From: Candidatus Cloacimonadales bacterium
GTDB lineage: Bacteria > Cloacimonadota > Cloacimonadia > Cloacimonadales > DAONDQ01
DNA length: 64,000 bases
Reading direction: 5' to 3'
Assembly: GCA_963662275.1 (NCBI GenBank)
Contig: OY759316.1
Coordinates: 4,160,001-4,224,000 of the forward strand
Positions 27,475 to 36,371 of this stretch are shown here, in pieces. A program made the translations under genes and the position numbers. The notes beneath the pieces were generated by a model. It was given only the letters and a program-made list of their open reading frames with translations. It had not been told where the DNA came from and did not search any database. Positions within the stretch are counted from its first letter, which is position 1, and every line of letters starts with the position of its first letter.

Positions 27475-30400
27475 TTATTTTTTTATCCGCGCCCCTGTTG
27501 TGTTATAGCGAGGATGGATTGAAGCTGGTCTCAGAGCAGTAAGAGTCTGGTTTCTATTTACTTTTTTACTGCCATTGATCGCTGTTACTTTGTAGAACAA
27601 CATTCCGTTGGATGTTGTGTCTAAGTACGAATTCGTCAACACCGCTGTTACAAATGTCCAGAGACTATCAGCAGCATACGGATCCGCAGAAGTGTAGATG
27701 TTATAACCAGTTGCATTTGTGCTTGCCGCCCAATTCAATTGAACTCCAGTTGGCACAACTGTAGCTACGAGGCTATCAGGTACAGTAGGAATTACTGGAG
27801 CAGCCAAACCAGGTAAACCAACATCATCGATATATAACCCGTACATATCTGCAGAATAATATTGGAATGCCAGGCAGACCGTATAACCATCGTAATCAGA
27901 AAGATCAATTTCATATCCTACATATGTCTCGCTATCAAAAGCAGGAACATCTAACAGAGTGACTGTGAAGTCAGCAGGGAGAGTTCCCGTAGTGGAAAGC
28001 ATTACCTTGAAGGATTCAGGATAACTTGCACTCTCTACTCTTGCATAGAATGATATTTTATCACCAGTTACGATATCAAATATGGGTGCAATTAACCAGT
28101 CGTCATTAGCTGATTCATATGGAATACCAGCGGTTTTCACGCCTGAATGTGCATTCGAAGAGTAAATGCCCCAAGTGTTACCATCACCATCAAAGTCATC
28201 TACATACCATCCGGTATATGGTGACACTTCCCAATCCTGGGTTGTGATTCCGGCATTGGATTCGATGGCTACAACTTTATCAGCACCACCATTGGAGTGG
28301 ATCGTCACTGTTTCTGCAAATAAACCCTGTGTATCGGGTTCATAAACAACTTCAACAATGAGAGTAGCTGGTGAAGCTTGAGTGAATGTTGCCGGACCTG
28401 TAATACGATCAGAGGAATATTCAATTGTTCCGGTCAGTACGCCAGGACCTATATTGCTGATTGTGAATGTGTCAGATGTACCGCTGCCTATTGGAGTAAC
28501 AGGCAGGATAATTTTAGTTTTATTAATTGAAATCTCGGGAGTAGTTGGTACAGGATTAATCAGGATGTCATCAAGACCTGAACCATAAGCACTATATGAT
28601 CCATCTGTCTTATAGCGCCAGCGAAGTATTCCAGTTCCTGAATAAGTTGCCAATGATATTGTACTCTGATGAAATGCGGATTCAGAAGATGCAGCAGACA
28701 AAGTATCAAGAGGTGCCCAAGAAGAACCACCGTTCATTGAAATTTCAACAAAAGTAGAATCATGAGCTATGATCTTTGCATCCATATCATTATTCTTCCA
28801 CCACCAGCTTAAGATCATTGGAGCTGATAAATCGATTGGCGGAGTAGTTAAGATCTTGGTTCCAGCCGGGGTATATACAGCGCGTGCACTGTAAGTACCT
28901 GTATTGGGTTCGCTTGAATGCGACCATTGATCTGCAACCCAGCCAGCAGGCGGGAATATGGAATCTTCAAATCCCTGAGTATAGGGGAAGTCCTTGATTG
29001 TAGGATCATCCATCGTCGTGAACTGCCAGATAGGGCAGGTATACAGAAGAGTAGCATCACCATTCAAGTTGTAAGGAATGATCTGCCAATAATAACGCTG
29101 TCCGTATACTAAATCACCGACATCAGGGACAAACGTCGTTACATTATACAAGTCTCTTGCTTCGCAAACGTCTGTCGGTGGATTATCGGTACCTAAAGAA
29201 AGTTTGTAACCGGTAGGTCCGCCGCCGCCTGAAGCCCACTGGAAAGTAGGTAACAGAGAGACACCAGTAGCCATACTATCAGGAAGAATCATGACTGCTG
29301 GATTTGGAGGTGTGGGAGGATCCCAGTGTTCTACATGAATCGTATAATCTTCTGTTTCACCCCAACTATAGGTTCCGACTGCCACGGTGTTTACTTCCGT
29401 GCCACTTTCTCTCAGTACAACACGCAGACGTGTAGATCCTGTATCAGCAAGCGCTGGTACTTCGATAGAGCCATTAATTTGCATGTGTGTTGAAGATGTT
29501 TGTCCAGTCATAACCTGTTCATCAGGTAGATCGAAGGTTCCATTCTGGTTGAAGTCAATAAAGACTTTTCCCCAGCATGGGTAAAAAGTATCTTCATTGA
29601 TCTGATGAATTTGGGTAGGATAACTATGTCCCTGCTGTACATGGATTGTAATCGCTGTGTAATCCGTGTACATATTTACGGATGCAACATTAGGTATAGA
29701 ATCAGGATGTACTGCCGGATTGGTGACATCAGCCATAATGAACTGCCCGATATCATCGTCTAAAGGACTTGTTGCAGTGGATGCGCCATAAGCCCAGCCC
29801 GTGCCTGTTGTGAATCTCCAGGTTGAGCTGCCTGTGGCATCACCATAGGTATTCTTTGCCACAACTTTCCAGAGATACATCGTATTAGCAGTCATCGTTG
29901 GAGGTGTCCAGGTCAAAGGAGTGGTCACGTTTGCATTGGCTGTGCCCGGTAAGGTTTGACCGAAGTACACATCATAAGAGGTTGCTGTCGCAACAGCACC
30001 CCAGGTTACCGAGGCATTTCTGCCAACATTGGCTGCACTATCTGCTGGTGTATGTGTTGTGACTATTGGAGGAACACCGACTGTATAGAAATTCCAAGGT
30101 GTGCAGCCGGTAGCATGACCGACCAAGTTGTAAGGAACAACTTTCCAGTAGTAATGTCCGTTCAGTGCAAGTCCTGCGGGCATATATTTGTTCACAAGAC
30201 CGACATCAACACTATCCACCATATTTGTAGGAGGATTATTGGTTCCTAAATAGATCAGGTAACCGGTTGGATCAGGACCCGAAGAATCTTTGATCCAGCT
30301 AAGGCTATCTGTAAGAGCAATCGAAGTTGCCCCATTCGTAGGATGAGTTACATAAGCAGGCAGTGGAGCTGTAGGAATCTTTTCGACTCTCACATCATCC

Positions 30401-33264
30401 ACGTATATATTGTTACCAAATTGACTCTTGACTTTCAGCATGACATATTTGCCATTACCGCCAGAACTGGTACCGAAAGGTACTACATACTGATGCCAGC
30501 CAGTGGTCGCTGTCGGTGCAAAAACACCGTCTCTCGGAACAAAAGTCAGTTTGGTTGCTGATGTTGTATCGGTAGGAGATGTTCCGTACCATACTGCGAC
30601 GCCTTCATCTGAGAATTTAACAGTATTATAACTGCTGCTCAGATCGCGGTACATCCAGAAGGTTACACGGTAATCATCACCAGGAACATTCATCGGTGGA
30701 GTTGACATCACTGCATGGTTTCCACCGGTAATACTATACGCATTATAGCGAGTCATTCCAACACCGCTATGAGGTGTACAGGCAGGATTAGTTGATGATG
30801 TTGTCTGATAATCCCAGGCTACTGTTGAAGGTGTAGCAATCACCGGGATTTGAGGATCAAGCGCAGAGATGGACTGATTTGTCCAGCCATAAGGTCCGGA
30901 ATAGGCTCTGTTAACATCAAAGCTTTCCACTAATGGGAAAGTTGTGACTAACGGATTCGGACCGACCGTAAATGTCCATACACTTGGTGTTCCGCCTGTT
31001 ACGCCAAAATCGTTCTTCGGAACGATCTTCCAGGTGTAGGCTTGACCGTAGGTCATGGTTGGAGGTGTCCAGCTCAAAGGAGTGGTCACCGTTGCATTGG
31101 CTGTACCTGGCATCGTGGTTCCGAAATACACATCATAGGCTGTGGCGTTCGTCACGGAAGACCAGGTAAGTGTTGCATTGTTCATCACCGGGTTGGCAGC
31201 ATCAGCAGGATAAGGAGTCGTAGCAACTCCGGTTACTAATGAAGCTGTCGTGAATGACCAGGTTGCAGGGGTACTGCAATCACCAACAGCATTTTTAGGA
31301 ACGATTTTCCAATAATAGGGAGTTCCTGCTGTTAGTGGTGAACCATAAGTATAGGTAGAATCTGCTCCATTGTTATAATTACTTACAAGTTCATTGGCAG
31401 CAACAGATGTGCCGAGATTGAACCAGTAACCTGTCGGAGCTGCCCCTAAAGGACCTCTGTGCCAGGTAAAGGTAGGAGAAGGTCCGACCAGGGTTGCAGT
31501 ATTAGCCGGGTATGGCGTCGATGCTGCATCCGGAGTCTGCGGGATCTTCTCAATAATTACATCATCAATATACTGGGATGAACCATATAAGCCCAATCCT
31601 TTGAAGAATATGTATCTGCCAGAACCGGCTCCAACTGGAAGCGCTTGAGTAATTTGCTCCCAGCCCGTGGTCGCATTATAGCAGACTGCTGTTGTAAGCA
31701 GAGTGGCACCAGACAGGGTTGGACTGCTGTTGATATAAACTTCAGTTTTTTCATTCGCGTAAGTCGGATAACCATTATAATGACGATACTGGAATTTAAC
31801 CCTGCAGGCATCAGCCGGCAAAGTCAAACGCGGAGAAATTAAAACACCCTGTGTTCCTGTGGAAAATCCGCCTGAACCAAAATAGGCTGAGCGTGTACCA
31901 CTAACATAATAAGATGTTGAAGGAGCCCATATACCGGTAGATGCTGTTGTGATATCGGTTTTATAGGTTGTCCAGCCAACAGGCATCGTGGAGGCTGCAT
32001 CAAAGTTCTGGTTCACAGAAGCTGAACCGAGGTCCACCGTCTGGTTTGCCCAGGTTGTAAACGTAGGTGTCGATGGGGTTCCTGTAGAAGCACCCAATGC
32101 GTTTCTTCCTACGACTTTCCAGGTATAAGCCTGGCTATATGACAATTCACCCGGATCCCAGTAAACATAACTGGCTCCGGCATTAGGAACTACGTTCGCA
32201 TTCGGGGTACCGGGCATGGTTGTACCAAAGTACACATCATAGGATGTTGCACCGGAAAGTACTGACCATTGCAGGATACCGATATTGCTGACATTGGATG
32301 CGCCAGTCGCAGGTACAAAACCTGTGACATTAGTTGTCAGCAATGCACCTGTTGTAAATTTCCAGATCGGCGTATAGGGGGCAGTACCTGATCCATTGTA
32401 GGGAACGACCGCCCAATAATAAATTGTCGAAGCAGCGAGGTTTGTGGCGGGAGTATAACTCGTAGCAGTAAAAACATCAGTTCCTAAAGCACCCGCATAG
32501 GTTGTTGGAAGCGTTGTACCGGAACCGTCAGTTCCTAAATAAATCTTGTAGCCGGTGGGCGCATTGCCATTACCGGCGTTCCAGGTTATTGTAGGTCTTA
32601 AGACAATCCCTGTGGCTGTATGCATAGGATAGGTATATTCAGCCTGTGTGGGAGTGGCTAAGGAAGCTGTAAAAGATGTGAAATTAAGTCTGATATTCGG
32701 ACGAGTGGTCGTAGCCGTACCTGTTTCTGTAGTAGGGGCAGTATCATCCTTGCGCAGGTACCAGGCTGAATTTGTTCCTGTTGTAACAGATGCATAATAT
32801 TGCGGATACGGGCTGTTGCCACCACCGCCATAATTACTTTCCACCAGGACTTCCAAGTTGTTGGCATTATAATTGAATGCTGTTGGCAAAGTCACGTTTG
32901 CCCATGTTTGAAGAGTCAAACTGGCAATTGTACCAGTGTAAACAGCAGTCAAGCCGGTAGTCTTGGTTGCCCAAGTTTCTGCGACTTCTGCCGTCGCTGT
33001 TGTCGTTCTCATATAGACGACCACGGGAACATTGGCAGCTGCCTTCGTAAGGTTTGGCAGGAAGCCTACGGAGCTAATCGAGCCATAGCCTCCAATTTCT
33101 GCTGCCGTATAAATTTGGGCGGAACGATGGTAGCCGTAATAACTGCCCCAACCATCATAGGTTGTGGCTGATCCGCCACCGATTAAAGTAACAGCAGCGA
33201 ACGCCGTTGTTACGCCGAGTATCAGAACAATCAATAAAATCGTTCTCATTAGTAGATTTCTCAT
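27475..33264 (-). CDS. Giant secreted adhesin-like protein (repeated FN3/Ig-like modules, cleaved-adhesin domains, GEVED domain, C-terminal incomplete FN3-like module with basic tail)
   Basis: Signal peptide; repeated YDVYFG/YYWKVVP.N modules; IDFNQNG.F...RLRV...GETEDY (GEVED); DDWLIAP; GAGGAG RBS favours ATG at 33264 over 33270. Confidence 0.88.
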   Translation of the reverse strand: MRNLLMRTILLIVLILGVTTAFAAVTLIGGGSATTYDGWGSYYGYHRSAQIYTAAEIGGYGSISSVGFLPNLTKAAANVPVVVYMRTTTATAEVAETWATKTTGLTAVYTGTIASLTLQTWANVTLPTAFNYNANNLEVLVESNYGGGGNSPYPQYYASVTTGTNSAWYLRKDDTAPTTETGTATTTRPNIRLNFTSFTASLATPTQAEYTYPMHTATGIVLRPTITWNAGNGNAPTGYKIYLGTDGSGTTLPTTYAGALGTDVFTATSYTPATNLAASTIYYWAVVPYNGSGTAPYTPIWKFTTGALLTTNVTGFVPATGASNVSNIGILQWSVLSGATSYDVYFGTTMPGTPNANVVPNAGASYVYWDPGELSYSQAYTWKVVGRNALGASTGTPSTPTFTTWANQTVDLGSASVNQNFDAASTMPVGWTTYKTDITTASTGIWAPSTSYYVSGTRSAYFGSGGFSTGTQGVLISPRLTLPADACRVKFQYRHYNGYPTYANEKTEVYINSSPTLSGATLLTTAVCYNATTGWEQITQALPVGAGSGRYIFFKGLGLYGSSQYIDDVIIEKIPQTPDAASTPYPANTATLVGPSPTFTWHRGPLGAAPTGYWFNLGTSVAANELVSNYNNGADSTYTYGSPLTAGTPYYWKIVPKNAVGDCSTPATWSFTTASLVTGVATTPYPADAANPVMNNATLTWSSVTNATAYDVYFGTTMPGTANATVTTPLSWTPPTMTYGQAYTWKIVPKNDFGVTGGTPSVWTFTVGPNPLVTTFPLVESFDVNRAYSGPYGWTNQSISALDPQIPVIATPSTVAWDYQTTSSTNPACTPHSGVGMTRYNAYSITGGNHAVMSTPPMNVPGDDYRVTFWMYRDLSSSYNTVKFSDEGVAVWYGTSPTDTTSATKLTFVPRDGVFAPTATTGWHQYVVPFGTSSGGNGKYVMLKVKSQFGNNIYVDDVRVEKIPTAPLPAYVTHPTNGATSIALTDSLSWIKDSSGPDPTGYLIYLGTNNPPTNMVDSVDVGLVNKYMPAGLALNGHYYWKVVPYNLVGHATGCTPWNFYTVGVPPIVTTHTPADSAANVGRNASVTWGAVATATSYDVYFGQTLPGTANANVTTPLTWTPPTMTANTMYLWKVVAKNTYGDATGSSTWRFTTGTGWAYGASTATSPLDDDIGQFIMADVTNPAVHPDSIPNVASVNMYTDYTAITIHVQQGHSYPTQIHQINEDTFYPCWGKVFIDFNQNGTFDLPDEQVMTGQTSSTHMQINGSIEVPALADTGSTRLRVVLRESGTEVNTVAVGTYSWGETEDYTIHVEHWDPPTPPNPAVMILPDSMATGVSLLPTFQWASGGGGPTGYKLSLGTDNPPTDVCEARDLYNVTTFVPDVGDLVYGQRYYWQIIPYNLNGDATLLYTCPIWQFTTMDDPTIKDFPYTQGFEDSIFPPAGWVADQWSHSSEPNTGTYSARAVYTPAGTKILTTPPIDLSAPMILSWWWKNNDMDAKIIAHDSTFVEISMNGGSSWAPLDTLSAASSESAFHQSTISLATYSGTGILRWRYKTDGSYSAYGSGLDDILINPVPTTPEISINKTKIILPVTPIGSGTSDTFTISNIGPGVLTGTIEYSSDRITGPATFTQASPATLIVEVVYEPDTQGLFAETVTIHSNGGADKVVAIESNAGITTQDWEVSPYTGWYVDDFDGDGNTWGIYSSNAHSGVKTAGIPYESANDDWLIAPIFDIVTGDKISFYARVESASYPESFKVMLSTTGTLPADFTVTLLDVPAFDSETYVGYEIDLSDYDGYTVCLAFQYYSADMYGLYIDDVGLPGLAAPVIPTVPDSLVATVVPTGVQLNWAASTNATGYNIYTSADPYAADSLWTFVTAVLTNSYLDTTSNGMLFYKVTAINGSKKVNRNQTLTALRPASIHPRYNTTGARIKK

Positions 33265-33674
33265 ATCCATCTCCTCATTTCTTGCTCTCTGGAGAATTGA
33301 TCCGTATTTTCTTCCAGAGATGAAATGTTAGACCTCCCAAACAATTTATACCAGATTGGGAGGCAACCAATTATTACGAAAGTTAACAAAGCAGCTAGAA
33401 CCGAAAATCAAGATAGATTCCGATTTCCTTCATTAAAAAAAGACGTGAACACAAACATCGGCTTGAGCCGCATTCATTTGTGACTTTTCTTACCTATTTT
33501 GTTTCCTTTTATTATGATCGTAGCTATTACACACTATGGAGTTGAAAGGGGACGGCTGATATACCGCCTAAGAAATCTGAAAATCTAAGAAGGAAAAAAC
33601 AAATACATTCCGTAACCTCCTATATCATAAAATTTTACGAATAAATACAGTCCACTCGATAATAATACGACTTT

Positions 33675-33703
33675 ACTTTAATGAATGAGAATTTATTTGT
33701 CAA
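33675..33703 (-). promoter_or_regulatory. Sigma70-type promoter for the surface-protein cluster
   Basis: TTGACA (33703-33698), 17 bp spacer, TAAAGT (33680-33675). Confidence 0.6.
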
Positions 33704-33899
33704 TGACTTTTTTTACTTCTTAAACTTGTTGGTTGTGTTTTGTATTTATTTCTTATTCTTCTTTCCATTGACATCCTCATATAATAGAATAAGTTATATT
33801 GATATTTAGTTGCTTTTAAAGTCAAAGATATTTGTTCATATCTATTTTTACTTCATATCTTTACAACTATTTTTAAAATACTTTGTTTCTCCCCTGTGA

Positions 33900-33978
33900 C
33901 GCCACCTATCCTTCCTTTGGGGCGCCACCTATCCTTCCTTTGGGTCGCCACCTATCCTTCCTTTGGGGCGCCACCTAT
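33900..33978. repeat. 23-bp tandem repeat, about 3.4 copies
   Basis: (CGCCACCTATCCTTCCTTTGGGK)x3 + CGCCACCTAT, no spacers. Confidence 0.92.
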
Positions 33979-34113
33979 ACTGGTGGTGCTATGTGGGCTA
34001 TCCTGCCCACGTATGCATGAGAAAACTCCAATATAATACGTCCTCTCAAAGAGCACGTAGCACCATCTGAAAAGATGGCGCTCCAAAACGATGACGGGGC
34101 AGTTCCCCTAAGA

Positions 34114-34229
34114 GCATTACGGTAGCAATACGGTAGCATTACGGTAAAAAACCGTATTTCTACCGTAATGATATAGTAATCGTACCTTGTTTCACGAAAC
34201 AGGAATGAACCAGGATTAAAATTGGTATG
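34114..34229. repeat. 11-bp-period arrays: (GCAWTACGGTA)x3 with an inverted copy, then family B array
   Basis: gcattacggta gcaatacggta gcattacggta ... taccgtaatg ... taccttgtttc ac gaaacaggaat gaaccaggatt aaaattggtat. Confidence 0.8.
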
Positions 34230-34463
34230 TAAATTTGAATTTAGTCGTATTTGTTCGTTTTGTTGTATGAATCTCATTAATGTAGTAGTATTGAAGAGTA
34301 TGCTCTTTATACCTATTCCACTTCGATTGTATTATCTTGTTTATTAAATTCATTGACCAAAACATATCCCTCTCGGTGTTTTTGATTTAGGTTATCAAAC
34401 TTTTAATAAAGATAGAGAAAATGTTGCAGACAATGCGACGTTCCTGTTACAAAGGAGAATTTT

Positions 34464-35489
34464 ATGAACTACACAGATTTCGCAGTCGAACAAATCGCAA
34501 ACTTATGCCGTATCCCCAGTCCTTCAGGATTTACGGAAAAGATCCGCAATTATCTTATTATGGAAATCCGCAGCCTGGGATTTGAACCCATAATTACAGT
34601 AAAAGGGACAGTCCTTGTCGAACTTGGAGGCGTCGGGAGTCCACTTGTATTGGCAGCCCATGTGGATACTCTGGGTGCCATGGTCAGGGCAATTAAATCC
34701 GATGGTCGGATACGATTTACAAAAATCGGCGGTTACCCGGAAAATAACATCGAAAACGAAAATGTCACAATTCATACCCGAACCGGAAAAACCTATACGG
34801 GTACAGTTTATTTAAATGGACCTGCTGTGCATGTGTATAAGGATACCGGCAGTTCTCCCCGGGATGACAGTCATATGGAAATCGTCCTGGATGAAATCGT
34901 AAAATCAAAGGAAGATACTCAAAAACTGGAAATCGCCACTGGTGATTTTATTACACTTGATTCCCGCACTATTGTCACAGAAAGTGGATTTATCAAAAGC
35001 CGGCACCTGGACGATAAAGCAAGTGCAGGCGTTTTATTGAGCTTGGCAAAAATGGTGAAAGATGGAGAATTAAAGCTTTCCCGTAAAACAACAATCCTCT
35101 TCACCAACAATGAAGAAGTGGGACATGGTGCATCTGCCGGTATTCCCCATGATACGGAGGAGATGATTTCGGTGGATATGGGATGTGTTGGTGATGACTT
35201 AGAAGCTGATGAATACAAGGTTTCTATCTGTGCTAAAGATTCCGGAGGACCCTATCATTATGACGTAACCTCAGCTCTCATCGCAACAGCAAAGAAACTG
35301 GAACTGGATTATGCTGTGGATATTTATCCAATGTATGGCTCGGATGTGGAAGCTGCTTTATCAGCCGGTTATGATATCAGGCATGGTCTTATTGGACCGG
35401 GAGTTTTCGCCTCCCATGGCTATGAAAGGACACATAGGCTGGGGGTGGAGAATACGCTGAAACTGCTGGTGGGATACTTGCAGGATTGA
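34464..35489 (+). CDS. M42 family metallo-aminopeptidase
   Basis: IPSPSG, AHVDTLG, HLDDKAS, NEEVG, VDMG, SHGYERTH. Confidence 0.93.
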   Translation: MNYTDFAVEQIANLCRIPSPSGFTEKIRNYLIMEIRSLGFEPIITVKGTVLVELGGVGSPLVLAAHVDTLGAMVRAIKSDGRIRFTKIGGYPENNIENENVTIHTRTGKTYTGTVYLNGPAVHVYKDTGSSPRDDSHMEIVLDEIVKSKEDTQKLEIATGDFITLDSRTIVTESGFIKSRHLDDKASAGVLLSLAKMVKDGELKLSRKTTILFTNNEEVGHGASAGIPHDTEEMISVDMGCVGDDLEADEYKVSICAKDSGGPYHYDVTSALIATAKKLELDYAVDIYPMYGSDVEAALSAGYDIRHGLIGPGVFASHGYERTHRLGVENTLKLLVGYLQD

Positions 35490-35531
35490 AGATTTAAGAT
35501 TTAAGATTGAAGATTAGGTGAGCAGACTGGA
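35484..35531. repeat. (GATTTAA)n heptamer array plus GAGCAGACTGGA, left arm of four-helix-bundle cassette
   Basis: gattgaa gatttaa gatttaa gattgaa gattagg; overlaps the M42 TGA stop. Confidence 0.85.
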
Positions 35532-35604
35532 AGTCATTTGACCCCGCATGGTGATATCACTTGAAAATATTGTAGATTGATAGGCACTCGGTTCATTGAT
35601 TGTA

Positions 35605-35973
35605 TCAATCTGATTTCTCTATTTGGGATTTCGTTGTAATAAGTATGGAAGATAATATTTTTTGTACTTCATCACAATCTCTATAAATTGATAAATACTG
35701 AGTTTCCTCAAGATAATTAGCATCTCGAATTAGCTTGAGCCAATAAGCAGTTTCTCGCGCTTCTTTATAGGCAATGCTGATTTTGGAAATAAAATCTTTT
35801 TTGGATTGAGCTCCATTTGCTTCTTCAATATTTGCCCCAATAGAAGTACCAGATCGAAGTAACTGCTTCGCAAGAACCCACTCTTGTTTTTCCTCAACCA
35901 GATACTTATATAACTTAACAATTCGTAGTGCAAAGGCATAAGTCTTTTGAGCTGTGATGTTTATTTTTTGCAT
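35605..35973 (-). CDS. Four-helix-bundle protein (TIGR02436 / 23S rRNA-IVS-protein-like family)
   Basis: FALRIVKLY...KQLLRSGTSIGANIEEA...SKKDFISKISIAYKEARETAYWL. Confidence 0.93.
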   Translation of the reverse strand: MQKINITAQKTYAFALRIVKLYKYLVEEKQEWVLAKQLLRSGTSIGANIEEANGAQSKKDFISKISIAYKEARETAYWLKLIRDANYLEETQYLSIYRDCDEVQKILSSILITTKSQIEKSD

Positions 35974-35990
35974 TTTTACCCCCCCATTTC

Positions 35991-36230
35991 TATTTAAGAT
36001 TTAAGATTTAAGATTTAAGATTTAAGATGGAATATCCGTAATTGTATCATGCCTGTCAATATTTATTATTTAAATTACGTGTTTAGTGTTTTATTTGTTT
36101 CACCGTATCTGCCTCTATTTGCTCTAACTCCGTTCTTCTTCTGCCAATCTTAAATCCTAAATCTTAAATCTCCAGTCTGCTCTTCATCTGCCAATCTTAA
36201 ATCTTAAATCTTAAATCTTAAATCTTAAAT
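35991..36230. repeat. Heptamer arrays (GATTTAA)5 at 35991-36028 and inverted (AATCTTA)n at 36146-36171 and 36193-36230
   Basis: Read directly; includes TCCAGTCTGCTC (36171-36182), the reverse complement of 35520-35531. Confidence 0.88.
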
Positions 36231-36371
36231 TCTGAAAGTCTTGACAAATCAAGTGATTGCTATTTTTTGCAATTTGTCGGATTCTCCAATTCTTGGATGA
36301 TCCTGTTAAAGTATAATTATGGGATGTAAAAAAATAGCATCTCAACCGATGAAATCACAGAAGGGGCAAAT

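Noticed and set aside
11388..33171. Numerous short antisense or alternate-frame ORFs inside the large adhesin genes
   Set aside because: Shadow ORFs expected from Thr/Gly/Ala codon bias; no RBS or motifs
33265..33670. Known riboswitch (e.g. c-di-GMP-I) in the long leader
   Set aside because: I could not find the consensus motifs by eye; kept only as an unassigned leader
33900..33978. Possible CRISPR array
   Set aside because: 23-bp units are directly adjacent with no spacers, and no cas genes are in the window
35605..35973. DGR accessory (Avd) gene or diversity-generating retroelement
   Set aside because: Fold family is related, but I see no reverse transcriptase and no TR/VR pair with adenine-specific mismatches
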